DNA of 64,000 nt, taken from contig JAKMXF010000233.1 in the NCBI GenBank assembly GCA_024704765.1, positions 612,370 through 676,369 on the forward strand, given 5' to 3'. The DNA comes from Oopsacas minuta (taxonomy: Eukaryota > Animalia > Porifera). Both the position numbers and the translations under genes were made by a program. The notes below the pieces were generated by a model, which was not told where the DNA came from, made no database searches, and saw only the letters and a list, made by a program, of their open reading frames with translations. Shown here piece after piece: positions 12,201-24,789 of the stretch; the stretch's first letter is position 1; every line of letters starts with the position of its first letter.

Positions 12201-15200
12201 CAGTTGGTCGATCATTTGTTGTCGTGCGATCTTTGCGGCTCTCTTTTCCTCCCGTGTATTGCGGACTTGCTCCAATAGCTGAACTCTACGGACATTCAGT
12301 AGCTCTATGAGACCATCTATTGTGTAGTTGATGTGTATCTCTATGGGGTCTACGACTTGAGGTACGATTGCGTAACCTTCTGCCATTTTGATAATTGTAG
12401 AATAGTTGAGTTATGAATTGGTTGCTAGGGATAATCTTGTGTATTTATAGCTGTAATATTAATGTTTAATAACAAGTAAACAAACAACAATAATCAGATG
12501 ATGTGAGTATATTTCTTGTTAGAATAAACACGAGGTTATGCAAGTGTTTGTTATTGTGTCTCGTTGCTAGGATACTGTAAGGAATGTGATTGTAAGTTCT
12601 CTTAGTAAACTTATTTTGTATATTTTGCTTTAAGAATTTTCCTATTTTAATTATTTCCCAAATTAGAATTACTTTAATTCTATTTTTAGTAACTAATGCT
12701 TTACATAGCATAGTTGTTCAGTTCTTAAATGGTGACTTTGTATGTGTATATGTTTCGCTCTGCTTTTCACACCTTTAGAGATTAAGACAACAAATTTGGC
12801 ATGTGTACTCGTAGTGACATCTAGTTATGCACCTGACATTTGAATTATTTCAAATGTGTATATATTTCACACCTTTTGACACTTCTGTATATAGCCCTAT
12901 CAGATTGTAGTGTTTACAATTAGACATCAATGCGTAATATAGTTCTGGTGTAGTGTTTGTAATCTAATTAGCTCTGTAATATATTTGTATTGAGGTAGAC
13001 TGTAATTCAAGGCATTTTATTAAAGATGTATACACCTATTTTATCAATTGATTAATCATATTTTCACACCTTTATATCAATATTTTAAATTGTCCTAGTG
13101 ATCCGCTTCCGCCTGCTAATTAGGGGTCGATATAACAAAAGTTTCTTTTGTTATAATGGATATTTAGTAGAATAATATAGTATCTGCACTGGCTGTGATT
13201 TTAGATTTCTGTTGTTGTTTATCTTTCTGTAATCGTGGTGCTTAAGTTCCAGTTCACTTTATTGAATATTTGATTAGGTTAATACGTCACTGAATGAGGG
13301 CTAATTCCTCTACATTCCATACTTTAGGTATCGTTGCTAGGAGACGGTACAAAAGAAGCGCTAATTCTAGCGGGAGATAAGTTATATGAAGAAGAAAGAT
13401 TGTTTGATTGTGGTGCTAATTTCCCTCTTCCTGACGTCATACGGAACACTAGCCAGAAAATAAGCCAAACTCTATGGAGGTAGATATACACACCTAATCC
13501 TCAAGGGGTAACTTAGGTGTTAGATTATGGGATGGAATGTTAGAATGGTTTGGATAGCTGTGATCAGGTTTCACTTTATTTTTGGAGAAAATTTTAAACA
13601 CGAGTGTTAATTTCAATTTGTATATAAAATATTTTTCACAGCTAACTTGGGTAAAATTGATGATACGTATTGGCTAGATCATAGGTGTGAAAATGTGTAT
13701 TTTTATAGTTTGAGGGACAATGGACAGACAGCATTAGGACCTGCCTTAGTGTGTGCTATCGCTATGGCATCAAGAGGTCCACCTGGATCAAGAGTTATTA
13801 TTTGTACAGACGGATTAGCAAATATTGGTAAGTAACAAGGTGTTTATGAGTATTTAGGTGTCTTACACAAATATGACACTTATGTAGGTGTTGGACAGCT
13901 AGAGGACATATCAACACCTGATAAACTGATGGAGGCTCAGACCTATTACGAGCATATATCTAAGGTTGCTAATGAAAAGGGTGTTACTGTAAGTGTGCTA
14001 ACTATTTCTGGAGCAGAGTGTCGTATACTAGAGCTTGGACAGGTGGCAGACAAGACCAATGGAGAGGTAAGGGAGGGAGGATACGATGTCATACAAGTCT
14101 ATGAAATACGAATAGAACTTTTGAATTCACACCTTATACTGATTAAGGGGCAGAACCTCTTGTACTTACAGTATCATATTTAGGTAGAGAGGGTGAATCC
14201 TGTAAACTTGATGGATGGATTCAGTAGCATTCTTGCTAAACCTATCCTAGCAACCAATGTTTCTATTAGACTAACTCTACATTCCAAGCTGTACTTAAGG
14301 TAACTAGGAACTATACGAATGAGATTTAGAGCTATCAAATCTGATTGGTTGAGACATTTGACTTAAATATTCCACATATTTGTTATCATATGTTGTTGCT
14401 AGGGAACCAGGACAATCTGACAACTCTTGTGTAGAAAGGAATGTTGGGAATGTTACAGAGGATTCGGAACTAACATTTGAATATGGAATTAGGAAAAAAC
14501 AGAAATTAGAAACTGAACCACTAATTGTATTAGAACCGGAACCAACTATTAAACCAGAAGCAGAACTATTGGTAGTACCTGAACCAACCAATGTTGAATC
14601 GGAACCGACGAAAGAAACTGATCCTAAACCCAAGGAATTGGGTGCTACAGGTAAAATTGACGCCAGGGGGCAAATAATAACACCCTCCCCCGAGAGTAAC
14701 AACTTACATATGACTGCTGTAACATATACATTCCATCATGTAGCCGGCGTAACCAAGAAGAGCTCATCACTAGTGATAGAGGGTAAGGAACATCTACCAT
14801 TTCAACTACAGATATCATATACAGCTAAGGATGGATCTAAGTGTATGAGAGTTATGACACAAGCAATGCCTGTTACTAAAAATAGGGAAGAAGCTGAAAA
14901 GAGTAAGTGTTTGTTTGTTTGTATGTATGATTATTGTTCAGCTGCACAATTTCGTTACAGTAACAGTTGTTTGCATGTTTGTCCACCCTAGCTTCAAACC
15001 TTGATGTATTACAAACACACGTAATAAGATCAACAGCTGATATGGCTCTGAAAGGAGACTTCTCAAATCCCCGCTTAAAATGTTTATCTAATCAGAAGAT
15101 GGTATACAGAATAGGAAATAACTATAACAGGAAGAAGGAGTATAGAGCATGGTCTAGTAATGTAGCTCAAACTGAAAACTCATTGTTCTCTGCTCAAAAG

Positions 15201-16033
15201 GTACATTCCATTCTTGTTGCTAGGTAACCTTAGGCAGACATGCTGTCAATACATTTGCATTTGCTCTAACAAAGATTATACAAATACCCGCTTATGTAGA
15301 AGTGTTAAATCATACAAATATGGTGTTAAAGTAACAGCTGTTAACTGTATTTAAATACTTTTCATGGGATCAAATACATATATTGTTTATAGCAAGAAGA
15401 AGCCACGTTTGGAAGGAGACTTAGCGATTCTGGAGGTGACAGTGATGATGAGTTGGACATGTTCTCTGTGGATAGATCCTCTAAAAAGGTAGATTACATT
15501 CAGAGTGAACCATGGATACACGGGGCACGATTCGGCTAATAACCAATCGCTATAGCTAATCCCAATTTTTTGATTTTTGGTTCTCATAATGTGTGATTGG
15601 TCATGTGTTACCAATAGTGATCGTGTACATGAATATGCGTATATATGTAAATTCTATTTTTAGCTATCAAAGATCTCCAAGAAAGCTAAGAAAGCTCAGG
15701 TTAGAGCTTCTTCTACAATGACTGATACTTTTTCAGAGAATTTATATAAAGTACGTTGCTATTATTAATATTTTCACACCTTTTGATATGCTAACTGGTG
15801 CAAAACTTCAAAAATTCTTACACAATAATAAGTTACACAAGTATAAAAGTAAAATTTATTGTATAAATGCATTTTATTCAACCAAATACGTTGCTATGGA
15901 ATAACCTTGTCAGTACATGTACAAGACACAAAAATTAATTCTGAATTCTTGGCGCCTCAGCCCGCGTGAAATATTCTATAAATAGTATCATGATTTGTTC
16001 TATTTTTAGGCTAAGAAGAAGTCCTGTAAATAA
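9289..16033 (+). CDS. Sec23/Sec24-type zinc finger + VWA protein (resembles animal 'circularly permutated Ras protein 1-like' proteins, no Ras domain seen), multi-exon
   Basis: MDFGSQHVY start; CTNCRSVFSHLS and WRCEYCGHEN zinc ligands; MIDAS FCIDISGSM; VAIITFNNE|VSLLGDG across intron 11058-13327; TALGPAL and VIICTDGLANIG; ends ...ENLYK|AKKKSCK*. Confidence 0.8.
11157..12386 (-). CDS. Intronless coiled-coil + NHL protein, copy 3, nested antisense in VWA-gene intron 11058-13327
   Basis: 409-aa ORF collinear with copy 2; (TTTG)n run right after the stop; TATTTTTAGTAAC direct repeat at 11060-11072 and 12681-12693. Confidence 0.9.
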   Translation of the reverse strand: MAEGYAIVPQVVDPIEIHINYTIDGLIELLNVRRVQLLEQVRNTREEKRAAKIARQQMIDQLNEAQAQLQGTLREYPLQSMRERIVQEMEDKMRDLRNNIPVETRLQWQCETSDLEMSISRLGEIVQVPVGVPDYATFQTFTVATGKTGSDPGELICPSGIAIHEDTHQIFVANLGNHRVEIFSDTGEYLNQLGVGQLCFPWGIAVHGENVYVSYLGGSTVSQFTLTDMSLVRKIGGRGSNNGQFNNHRQLTTDPIGHVFIADGGNNRISVHDTDLNHLRNITHQSMTKPSDVKVSRDRVYVLYPDNNPCMHVLTLEGDKLHSLITCGQGMDVLCPVFFCLDPLNNFVISDEGSHSIRIFSPEGNLLHTIGTEGHQQGMLYYPQGIAITPNGRLVCVSRNENYPLQIYY

Positions 16034-16270
16034 CCTAGTAACTAAGCTGGTATTTTGGAATGTATAAATACATCTTTTCGGATTTGATAACAAAAGCGAT
16101 TTTTACATGTTTAATACACACATGTATGTTGTTTGAGTTATTTTATTGAAGAAATGGGTAGGGGTATAGAATATGATATATATATATATACGAGGATTTT
16201 ATGTTGATAATGCAATATTTGTAAATATAAATTGTTTGTTGTTGTAAACAAATAAGTAAATAATAGCTAA

Positions 16271-17861
16271 ATGCATTCACCAGATCCTGTTATACCCTAT
16301 CAAGGTGTGATACCTCCCCATATCCCATCAAAGATAAGACCAAAAGACATACCAATAGAGACTAAGGAGGAACATAACTTTCCAATCTATCAGACCCAAG
16401 AGGAATCTTTGTCACCTGTCAAGGAAAATGGCGCCAAAACACATTTGAATATTAAACTAAATAAATTACGCAATCAACAGAAAACTCGCTCTGTTGACGA
16501 CGAGACGGAGATTAGCAATGCTACGGTGGAGTCTAAACGCATGATTAAGCGTTCTACATCTGACAAGTTCAGGGAACAAAAGTTGACAGCTTCGGAGCTC
16601 TTCCAATCACCTGTCCAACAGGAGAGAGACCAATTCACACTAGCTAATCAAAATGCAGTGTTTGGACTCAAACCATCCTATCCAGTAAGCACTCATGGTC
16701 CTGTTGGTAACTATGGTTACGATAGAAAAATTCGGTCTCATAACATTTCTGAAGAATCAAGTGAATCTGGATTTTACACGAATAGTCAACATTCCACAAA
16801 CTCTGCACATAACAACGAAATTCAGTCAAACGGTCAATTGAATTGTGAGATTATTGATAGACCGCCTTCCATTACCTTTGAAAACGAAGTTCCTTGCATG
16901 GCAACCGGACAGGGTGATAGGAATCTGAATGAATTACAGCTGGAACAAACTATTCGTCCTAATTTAATTAATCCAGGTTATGAGCCTATTTATGAAAACT
17001 TCCCTCCACGATCTGTAAGCCAATCAGATTCATTCCTGGAAGATGAAGTGCTACGACTGAGAAGTCTCTTAAAGAGAATTGGTAAGATCAGTGAAATAGA
17101 GCAGATATACAAAGAATTGAAAAGTCAGAAGAATACTATTCTGCTACTGGAACTAAAGAATGAGAAGTTGAGAAGAGATAACAGGATATTAACAAGTGAG
17201 TAAACAAACAAACTAATAAAGTTAACTTACGTTATATCGAAGCTCAAAGAACTGTGATAATTACTTCCATAACACTTCTGAAGTGTTACTTTAACGCCAT
17301 ATTTGTATAATTTCTATATAAGCGGGTATTTCTATAACGGAAGTTGAATGTAGTAAACAAAATTTATGTATTTTGTATTTAGATGATTCGGTGCAAAAGG
17401 AACAACTCAATCAAGCAAATATACTTAAAGTTAATCAGCTGATTGAACAGAATAGAATACTTCAAAATTATTACCAGCCTAGCAACCCTCAGTCATGGAA
17501 ATATGTGCCTAATCAACCGCAACCATACCTATCACCACCAGTGGATGTTCATAGACAATATGAGCCAAGAAATGAGGTCAGGACTAGACAAGGTGGGTGC
17601 GACTATTAGAAACATCTTTTCTCGCATAATTTGAATGTGTTAATATCTATTTTAGAACCTCCACCAATAGAATCTCACAGAATAAGTTACACAGACTCAG
17701 ACTACTATCAACCCTCAACTCATCGTCCTAACCAATCAGATTACAGGATTCCCAGAAGTTTACCTAATCATAGAGGAATAACTAACTATTCTGACATTCC
17801 ATTGAATCCCCATAACAACGGAAGTTATCCCGCTTCACACGATCCTAAAGGCTCGAGATGA
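16271..17861 (+). CDS. Uncharacterised low-complexity protein with a central coiled coil, probably 3 exons
   Basis: 310-aa open first exon ending in a heptad-rich segment (LRLRSLLKRI...LKNEKLRRDNRIL), then ORF segments near 17383-17602 and 17656-17861 with GT-AG boundaries; family not recognised. Confidence 0.55.
17224..17345. mobile_element. MITE-like element, family B
   Basis: Ends AACTTACGTTATA ... TATAACGGAAGTT are near-perfect inverted repeats; related pieces at 25597-25647, 42506-42620 (reverse), 59443-59454 and 15283-15295. Confidence 0.55.
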
Positions 17862-19233
17862 TTGGTCAATTAATCTCATTATTTCAAGAGAATATCAAAT
17901 TCCTAATAACTCTATTGGTTGCTAGGGTATAACTTTATTAGATTAGTTGTAAATAACAACAAATTTAATGCAAAATATTTGTTTACAAATCATTAATCAT
18001 AAATTACAAATACAACTCAACAAATAAATTAATATATTCTAGCATTCCTGTCTGCATTATTGTTGCTAGGAATTGAAATATTTGTAAATCGCTGAGTAGT
18101 CATTTTAGGTGTGAAAATATGATTAATCTCATAATTGATATAGTCATGTTACCATACTATTAGCTATAAATTTTGTAAGATTAGAAATATTAAACATTTC
18201 TAATAAATGTGGTAAAGTAATAAATAGAAGTCAGCTATGAACCATGGATAATATCAATCATTTATATTATGTGAAAGATATGGATGATTCTATTTGCATA
18301 CTGCAATATTCTCTTTATTGTGTCGCTCTGCCACTAAAATGGCATGCCACGACACAAATTTTTTTTCATATAATTGCATATCAACTTAGTTTGCTAGGTT
18401 TCTCACTCCAAGATAAATCTAATCAAAGATGTTTATAGTTCAATTCCTTTATTAACACCCAATCAGATGCGATATATTTCGCGTTAGTTCCATATCTATT
18501 GTTCTCTGATTCCGCCAATCAGATGACGTAGTGTTGTAACTGATAGCTTAAATATTCTTTGAATATTTGGCTTCTTCTTGGCAACCGATTATATTGTTGG
18601 AATTTCATAATCAGCTGTTTGTGTAAATACTGTAGCATATGCTTAATCGCATCAAAATGTCCTTATACCGATGTGACCTCTTAAGCGCGTATTCTATTAA
18701 ATCTCACAACATTCCTCAAATATTTGTAATTTACAAATAAGAATTCCAATTGAATATTTCATTGAATATTTTAACCAATTATAGTCACATTCCTTACATT
18801 CCATCGTTACTAGGGTAATACCAAAATTGGATCATTATAAAGTGTCGAATAGCTCTTGACGTGAATTAATGAGACAATCCAAATTGGAACAGTCCAATGA
18901 GCTCTTAATTAGTTAATTAGTTCCAGTAGACAGCCAAAGTTAGAGTTAGTTCTAAATGTTTGAGTAAAATTTATGAACTTTAATGAACCCAGCTGATTAG
19001 ATATAAGAGGGTGATTCTGGCGCCTAATTGTGTAACTGATAATGGAAAGTTCAGCCAATCATATTAGCTTCTAACTAACATTCCAAATAATAAAATAGTT
19101 GCCATGTTACTCAATTTCTGAGGTGATAAACTTTGTAATTAATTCAAAGAAATAAACAGTTTAAAATATAAACAACAACACAAGGTTAATAAGGTGTTAA
19201 GTGGTAGGGTTTGGGTATTTGGGCGCTAAATTC

Positions 19234-20366
19234 TTAACATCTGTTACAAAAACATTTTGTTACAATTGGAACTGTAATTAATCTGTTACCATGGTTACCA
19301 CAAGTATGTTTGATCAATTTTTCTCTAATTTTTGGTTGACAACATAAAACTTCATTATTTCTGTTGCTACATTCCTGAGGACAATTATTGGTTACTAGGG
19401 ACAGGGGTCTAATACTGACACATTCTTGTGTTTCATGGAAAGTTAGATTTCTGTAACCACAGGTATGTAGAACAGCTGTATATTCTATAGATTTACACAT
19501 TGTACATTCCATACTGGTTGGATCGTTGCTACAGGATAGTTGACAGTCAATAGGTGTTAATAAGTGGTTCCTACAGGCGACAACTTGATCACCTTCTAGC
19601 CATATGTCACCTTCTCTCTTCAATCCATTATCTGTCCTGCAAGCACTCACTAGAACATAGTTAGATAGTAAAAATTGGATTGTTTAGTTGTTTGTATACT
19701 CATATTACCTTTACAAACAGGACAGCATTGATCCTTATCCTCTATTTCCCAACAAGGTAGATTAGTACCACATTCCTTAGCTCTACACCTAGCAACAGAA
19801 TCTGTATCACATACACATTCCGTACATGTGTCACTCTGCCACTTCGCACCTATCTCATATAGCTGCGTATTGTGTATGCAGTATTCTATCAATGAAATAG
19901 TCTTATTCCTTCTATCTATAAGAAATGTAAATAATTAAATGTTTGTCTGTTTGTTGTTGTTATTATTTACAACTAACCTGAACACACAGGACAACATTCC
20001 CCTTCAGGAATATACACATCTTGACAGGTGTCAATAACAGGACATCTTATTTCCTGACAAATAATAACACCACCCTCACAGCGACACTTTTTACAAGTTC
20101 CATCTTTGAATACTTCTCCCTCAATATATGACACCTCTTTGTAGACACATTTCAGGTCTGACACATCTAAACAAATATGTAAACAAGTAAACAAATGCGT
20201 AAACAAGTAAATGTTGTTGTTGTTGTTGTTGTTGTTTTTACTGTACAGCTGAACACCGCTAATTTTACTTACCACTTTCCACAGAAATTGTAATAACTGA
20301 AGACTGTATTGCAGCTGGAACAGCTGTTCTTATCAAAATAACAATTAATATAATTCTTAACAACAT
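19234..20366 (-). CDS. Secreted protein: signal peptide + two VWC domains + C-terminal cystine knot
   Basis: MLLRIILIVILIRTAVPAA signal; VWC patterns C..C.C.GG...C....CP...C......GECCPVC and W..DTCTECVC...CCPVC; C-terminal C...C...CCQP...C...C.C..C arrangement. Confidence 0.75.
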
Positions 20367-20773
20367 TAGTGTAAACAAACTTGTTACTAAATATAGATTT
20401 TATTGTTATTATTATTATTTCTCAATTTATCTTCTATATATACTATATCATATCTTGACAACCAAACTACACGTAAGAATGTGTGTTCTATTATTAGAAC
20501 ACTATGGATATATAGAGATACTTCTATAAGGATGTGTGTTAGTGTACCATGGATAATTGTTAATACAACTGTAAGATACTCAAAGGTGTGAAATGGGACA
20601 CTTGCCAACCCTTCCTTAATAGGCTAAAATCGCCTTTGATAGATGTAAAACTGAAATAAAACAAATCAGGACACAATTTATATCCGACACTTCATACATT
20701 CCTCTTACACATCTTATTGTTACTATAAATAGAACTGTGGATATATTTAGCTATTTTGAGTATTAACTGACCA

Positions 20774-21439
20774 ATGAATGAGCTAGCTGAGGTGACAGAT
20801 TATTTGTTTATTTGTAATCTGGCTTGTTTACAAAATCTTAATCTGAAAAAGCTCAACATTTCTCTTGTGATAGCAGGTAAACAAATCTTTGTTGTTCTTG
20901 GTGTATTGTTTATTTTGTAATTATAGCAACATTAGACTTACCTAGCAACCTACCTGAGGGAGTGGAATGTGTACAAGTACCTGTTGATGATAAACACACC
21001 ATGGATATATCACAATACTTTGATAAAGTCACAATATCTATTTGTATGTTAAGCTAAGCAACAAGTGTGACTCTGTTTAGAATTCTATTTTTAGTACACG
21101 CTAGAGAAAAAGACGAGAAATCATTGGTGTACTGCGTTGCTGGAGTGAGCCGGTATGGAATGTGTATAATTGTCTAATTAAATAATAATAATATTCAATT
21201 TTAACAGATCAGCTACTTTAGTACTAAATACATTGATGACTATTTCTGGGATTAATCTTAAAGATTCACATTCCATTCTCAAATCTAAACGACGATTTAT
21301 TAGGCCTAATTTCGGATTTTGGAGTCAGCTGTGTGAGAGGGAATTACAGCTGTTTGGACATAACTCTGTTGTCATGGTTACTTCAGCTATAGGCGCCATA
21401 CCAGATTTGTATAAAGATGAAGTTGATGGAATGTTATGA
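20774..21439 (+). CDS. Atypical dual-specificity phosphatase, DUSP14/18-like
   Basis: Spliced YCVAGVSRSAT active-site loop, RPNFGFWSQL and C-terminal LFG...V.MV...G..PD.Y typical of DUSP14-type enzymes. Confidence 0.85.
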
Positions 21440-22095
21440 GAGGAATCTGATTGGTTATAAGCTATATCTCACTGGAAATGGCGCTAGATTTATAAGAAAT
21501 CAAAAATTCAAATTTGTAAATTGTTTAGTCATAAGTTGTCACCTCCAACCAAGCGCAGAGTGTCTTAAAATAGATTAGAATAACATCCAAGCAGATAACT
21601 ATCTTCACCATCCATGGTTAAATATTTGCTAATCATATAAGAAACCAATATCTGACAAAACTAAACGTATACCCCGCCTGATATTATAAGCACAATACTC
21701 AGAAATAATATTATTCATTGCCTGTTGATTACAGCTCGCTATTCCATGTAAATAATATCTTCTTAGCAACGTAATCATATGACAAATATGCTTAGATATA
21801 GCGTATAGGAAGATTTTCTGTGGCTTAACAACAGATAATGTTTCTTGGAATGTTTGCTAGTTTCCTTATATATATTATTAGGCTCTAATGTATCCTATTT
21901 AATCAATCAGGAGTTTATAGAATAATCCAGTAGTAGTGTAACCCCCAAAGGGCAATAAACAGGTCAATATTTGTAGATATATTTCCCCCCAATAATAGCT
22001 TGAAATGACCATATATGGATATATTGTAAATATGTAGAGTCACTCCTGTTACATCTAAGAATTTCTATATCTGTAATAAATTAGAATATCGAATA

Positions 22096-22931
22096 ATGTC
22101 CCGTGAGAATCAAACAAGAGAATATAAGTTAGTGGTTGTTGGAGGAGGCGGAGTAGGAAAGAGTGCTCTAACTATACAATTCATACAATCACAGTTTGTG
22201 GAAGATTATGACCCAACTATTGAGGATTCTTATAGGAAGAATGGTGTGATAGATGATGAGGTAAGTTGTTCAGTGGTGGCGTGCCGTCTCTGGCGTTGTT
22301 GTTGTTTGTTTATTTGTTAGACAAGGATTTCAGCCAGATATCGGTCTATTTCCCTGATATATGGTTGCTGTTCCTTGTAGTAAGAAATAAATGAATTTCA
22401 CAAGTATTAAAACATCATATGATTAATCTTAACACCTTTCTAGGTAGCAATCCTGGATATTTTGGATACGGCAGGGCAGGAGGAATTCTCTGCTATGAGA
22501 GAACAGTATATGCACCATGGAGAAGGGTAAGCCAATCATATTATGGTAGTTATACATGTATAATATTTATAACGCCTGAACCATGGATATCCTATTTTAG
22601 ATTCCTACTTGTATACTCAATAGTAGACAGAAACAGTTTTGAAGAAATACCAAAATTATGCAAGACTATCCTTCGCGTGAAAGAGCGTCCCTCCTTCCCT
22701 ATGATACTAGTGGGTAACAAAGCTGATCTGGAGTACGAGAGGGTAGTCTCCTACCAAGAGGGAGAACAACAGGCACAGTCCCTGAATATCAAATACATCG
22801 AAACCTCAGCTAAACACAGAATTAACGTGGATGGAGTATTCAACGATCTGGTTAGGATAATTAGGAAATACAAGAAACCTGAGAGCTCTAAACCTCCCAA
22901 GAAGAAGATATTTAAATGTAGATTACTATAA
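22096..22931 (+). CDS. RRAS2: Ras-family GTPase, R-Ras2/TC21-like, 3 exons
   Basis: [39 protein letters not shown] motifs and CAAX CRLL. Confidence 0.85.
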
Positions 22932-23301
22932 GATCTGAATCTGATCTGTTTAGTAGTTATGTTACGTCATGGATTAGACATTTGTATATTTGTTTGTTTT
23001 AAGCTTTCAGTTTTACTTTACATTAAATACCGTAAGCTTGTTATGAGAAATATTGCCACACCCACTATTTGTTTATTAGCATATTTATGTTACGTAATGA
23101 TTGTAGCAGGCTAATATCTCATTGATATACTCATGTTTGATCCTGAAGAACTTCTGGGAAGAGATTAGATATATTAAGCATTGTCAGTTATGGATTCTAT
23201 CTGAGAGCTAGAATAAATACCGCGTCCATGGTTAATAACTAATAAACATGTGTAGCGATACATTTTGGTATTATTTCAATAATAAATAAACAAACAAACT
23301 T

Positions 23302-23442
23302 TCAGTTCCATTTGCTGTCATTAGTCTGGGTGTTAGAAATGTGTCTCTTTCTGTCATATGCCATATTTATCCACAATAAATATCCGAGAGCCACAATACC
23401 ACTTGCTATACCAAATCTAATCACGAATTTGTTTGGCTTCAT
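23302..23442 (-). CDS. Possible small single-pass membrane protein (46 aa)
   Basis: MKPNKFVIRFGIASGIVALGYLLWINMAYDRKRHISNTQTNDSKWN: one hydrophobic stretch followed by basic residues; no family recognised. Confidence 0.25.
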   Translation of the reverse strand: MKPNKFVIRFGIASGIVALGYLLWINMAYDRKRHISNTQTNDSKWN

Positions 23443-23593
23443 AAAGAGCTCAAAATTAACCAATCGGAATACATTTGTGTACTTCCTGTCTTTCATGCTA
23501 ATTAATAACATTCTTAAGAATTAATAAGTTGCTAGGCAACAGAGTTAGGAATGTAATCAACATTTTAATTGGAACTAAAGCAACGTAATAATT

Positions 23594-24017
23594 CTATACA
23601 TAAATTCCAACCCATAATAATAGGAACAGAACTCCAGATGCCAAGAACACTGAGCTGACCAATCCAATCATTAGCTCTTTGAGTAGGCTACGGGTAAACT
23701 TGTTGGAAGTGACTTCATACCTAGTAACGAGAATATAGATTGGAATGTAGAGAGGGTCACGCCAATGACATAATATAATAATTAGAACTGAGTTTCTAAA
23801 TAACAATCCATAGTCCATTAACACAAGAAATATAAATGTAACTTACACGAAGAAATAAGCTAAGAGAAATACTCCAAAGAATGTTAGAGCTACAGCTAGG
23901 TAGGGATAGACCAATGGGTTAACAGGCGATGTGTGACGTAACATTCCTTTCTCCTAGAAATATTATAACGTTGCTAGGATACCAGATATGGAATGTTAAA
24001 ATAGAATAACTCACCAT
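23594..24017 (-). CDS. TMEM258: Oligosaccharyltransferase subunit OST5/TMEM258
   Basis: ATG-only first exon, then [19 protein letters not shown]...AYFFV|[41 protein letters not shown], matching TMEM258. Confidence 0.92.
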
Positions 24018-24214
24018 TTTAATTGTTGTTGTTATAAATGTTTATAATCTAATAAATATAAATAATACATATTAGTATACATTCCTTAATACCATATACG
24101 TTGCTAGGGAGAAGTATTAACCAATCAAATGATGGAATATAATCGTTTATTATTGCTCTATTTTCTTAGAAATTATTTATTAAAGAGGAAATATGTGAAT
24201 TTAAATTTGTTGTT

Positions 24215-24789
24215 CTAATGTCTGTGAAGTGTTGACACGTCTTGTTTACCAAGGATAGAAGGATCTGGCGCCTAAAATATACAAACAAACAAATAAATAA
24301 ACAAGTAAACAAATGATATACTGTGATGATACTAACCTGTTGGAATGTCATTTCCCGCTGTTGCGTTGCTTGGTAACGAGTCATAGCGATAGGAATTGAC
24401 TCAATGAGTCCTAATATAATAGCACCCCCTATAGCTGCTCCTATCATACCAACCATGCCAGTTCTCAAAGCTAACATTCCACTAGCCGTTGCCCCGGCAA
24501 CCACGGAATTCCATGGATCCTCTTTTCCTCTGAGGGACATTAAACAACAATCCATGGTTGAGAATAGTCCCCCCCATACAGCGAAGTTCCCGCCATACAC
24601 AGGACCCCTAGCCTTCAAGGCTTGGACACCTGACCATGCCCTGCTCTTGAACCCGGGGGAAGAGAATCTGATCCCCTTGTAGAATGAGAATATCCCTCCT
24701 CCAATAGCACCGATCGCGAATCCACCTCCTGCATCGTCTACTATCCTCCAGGGACAGGGCTCTCTATACAGAGACTCTATGTCATCCAT
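24215..24789 (-). CDS. TIMM17: Mitochondrial inner membrane translocase subunit Tim17
   Basis: YREPCPWRIVDD.GG.F, GGNFAVWGGLFSTMDC, RGKEDPWNS; last exon APDPSILGKQDVSTLHRH*. Confidence 0.93.

Noticed and set aside
1877-12310. Short ORFs overlapping the NHL genes (1877-2113, 2248-2469, 2652-2837, 11350-11535, 11718-11912, 12031-12310)
   Set aside because: Antisense shadows; conserved only because the parent genes are near-identical.
20387-20608. ORFs 20403-20591 (+) and 20387-20608 (-)
   Set aside because: AT-rich divergent promoter region between the VWC and DUSP genes; no homology or splice support.
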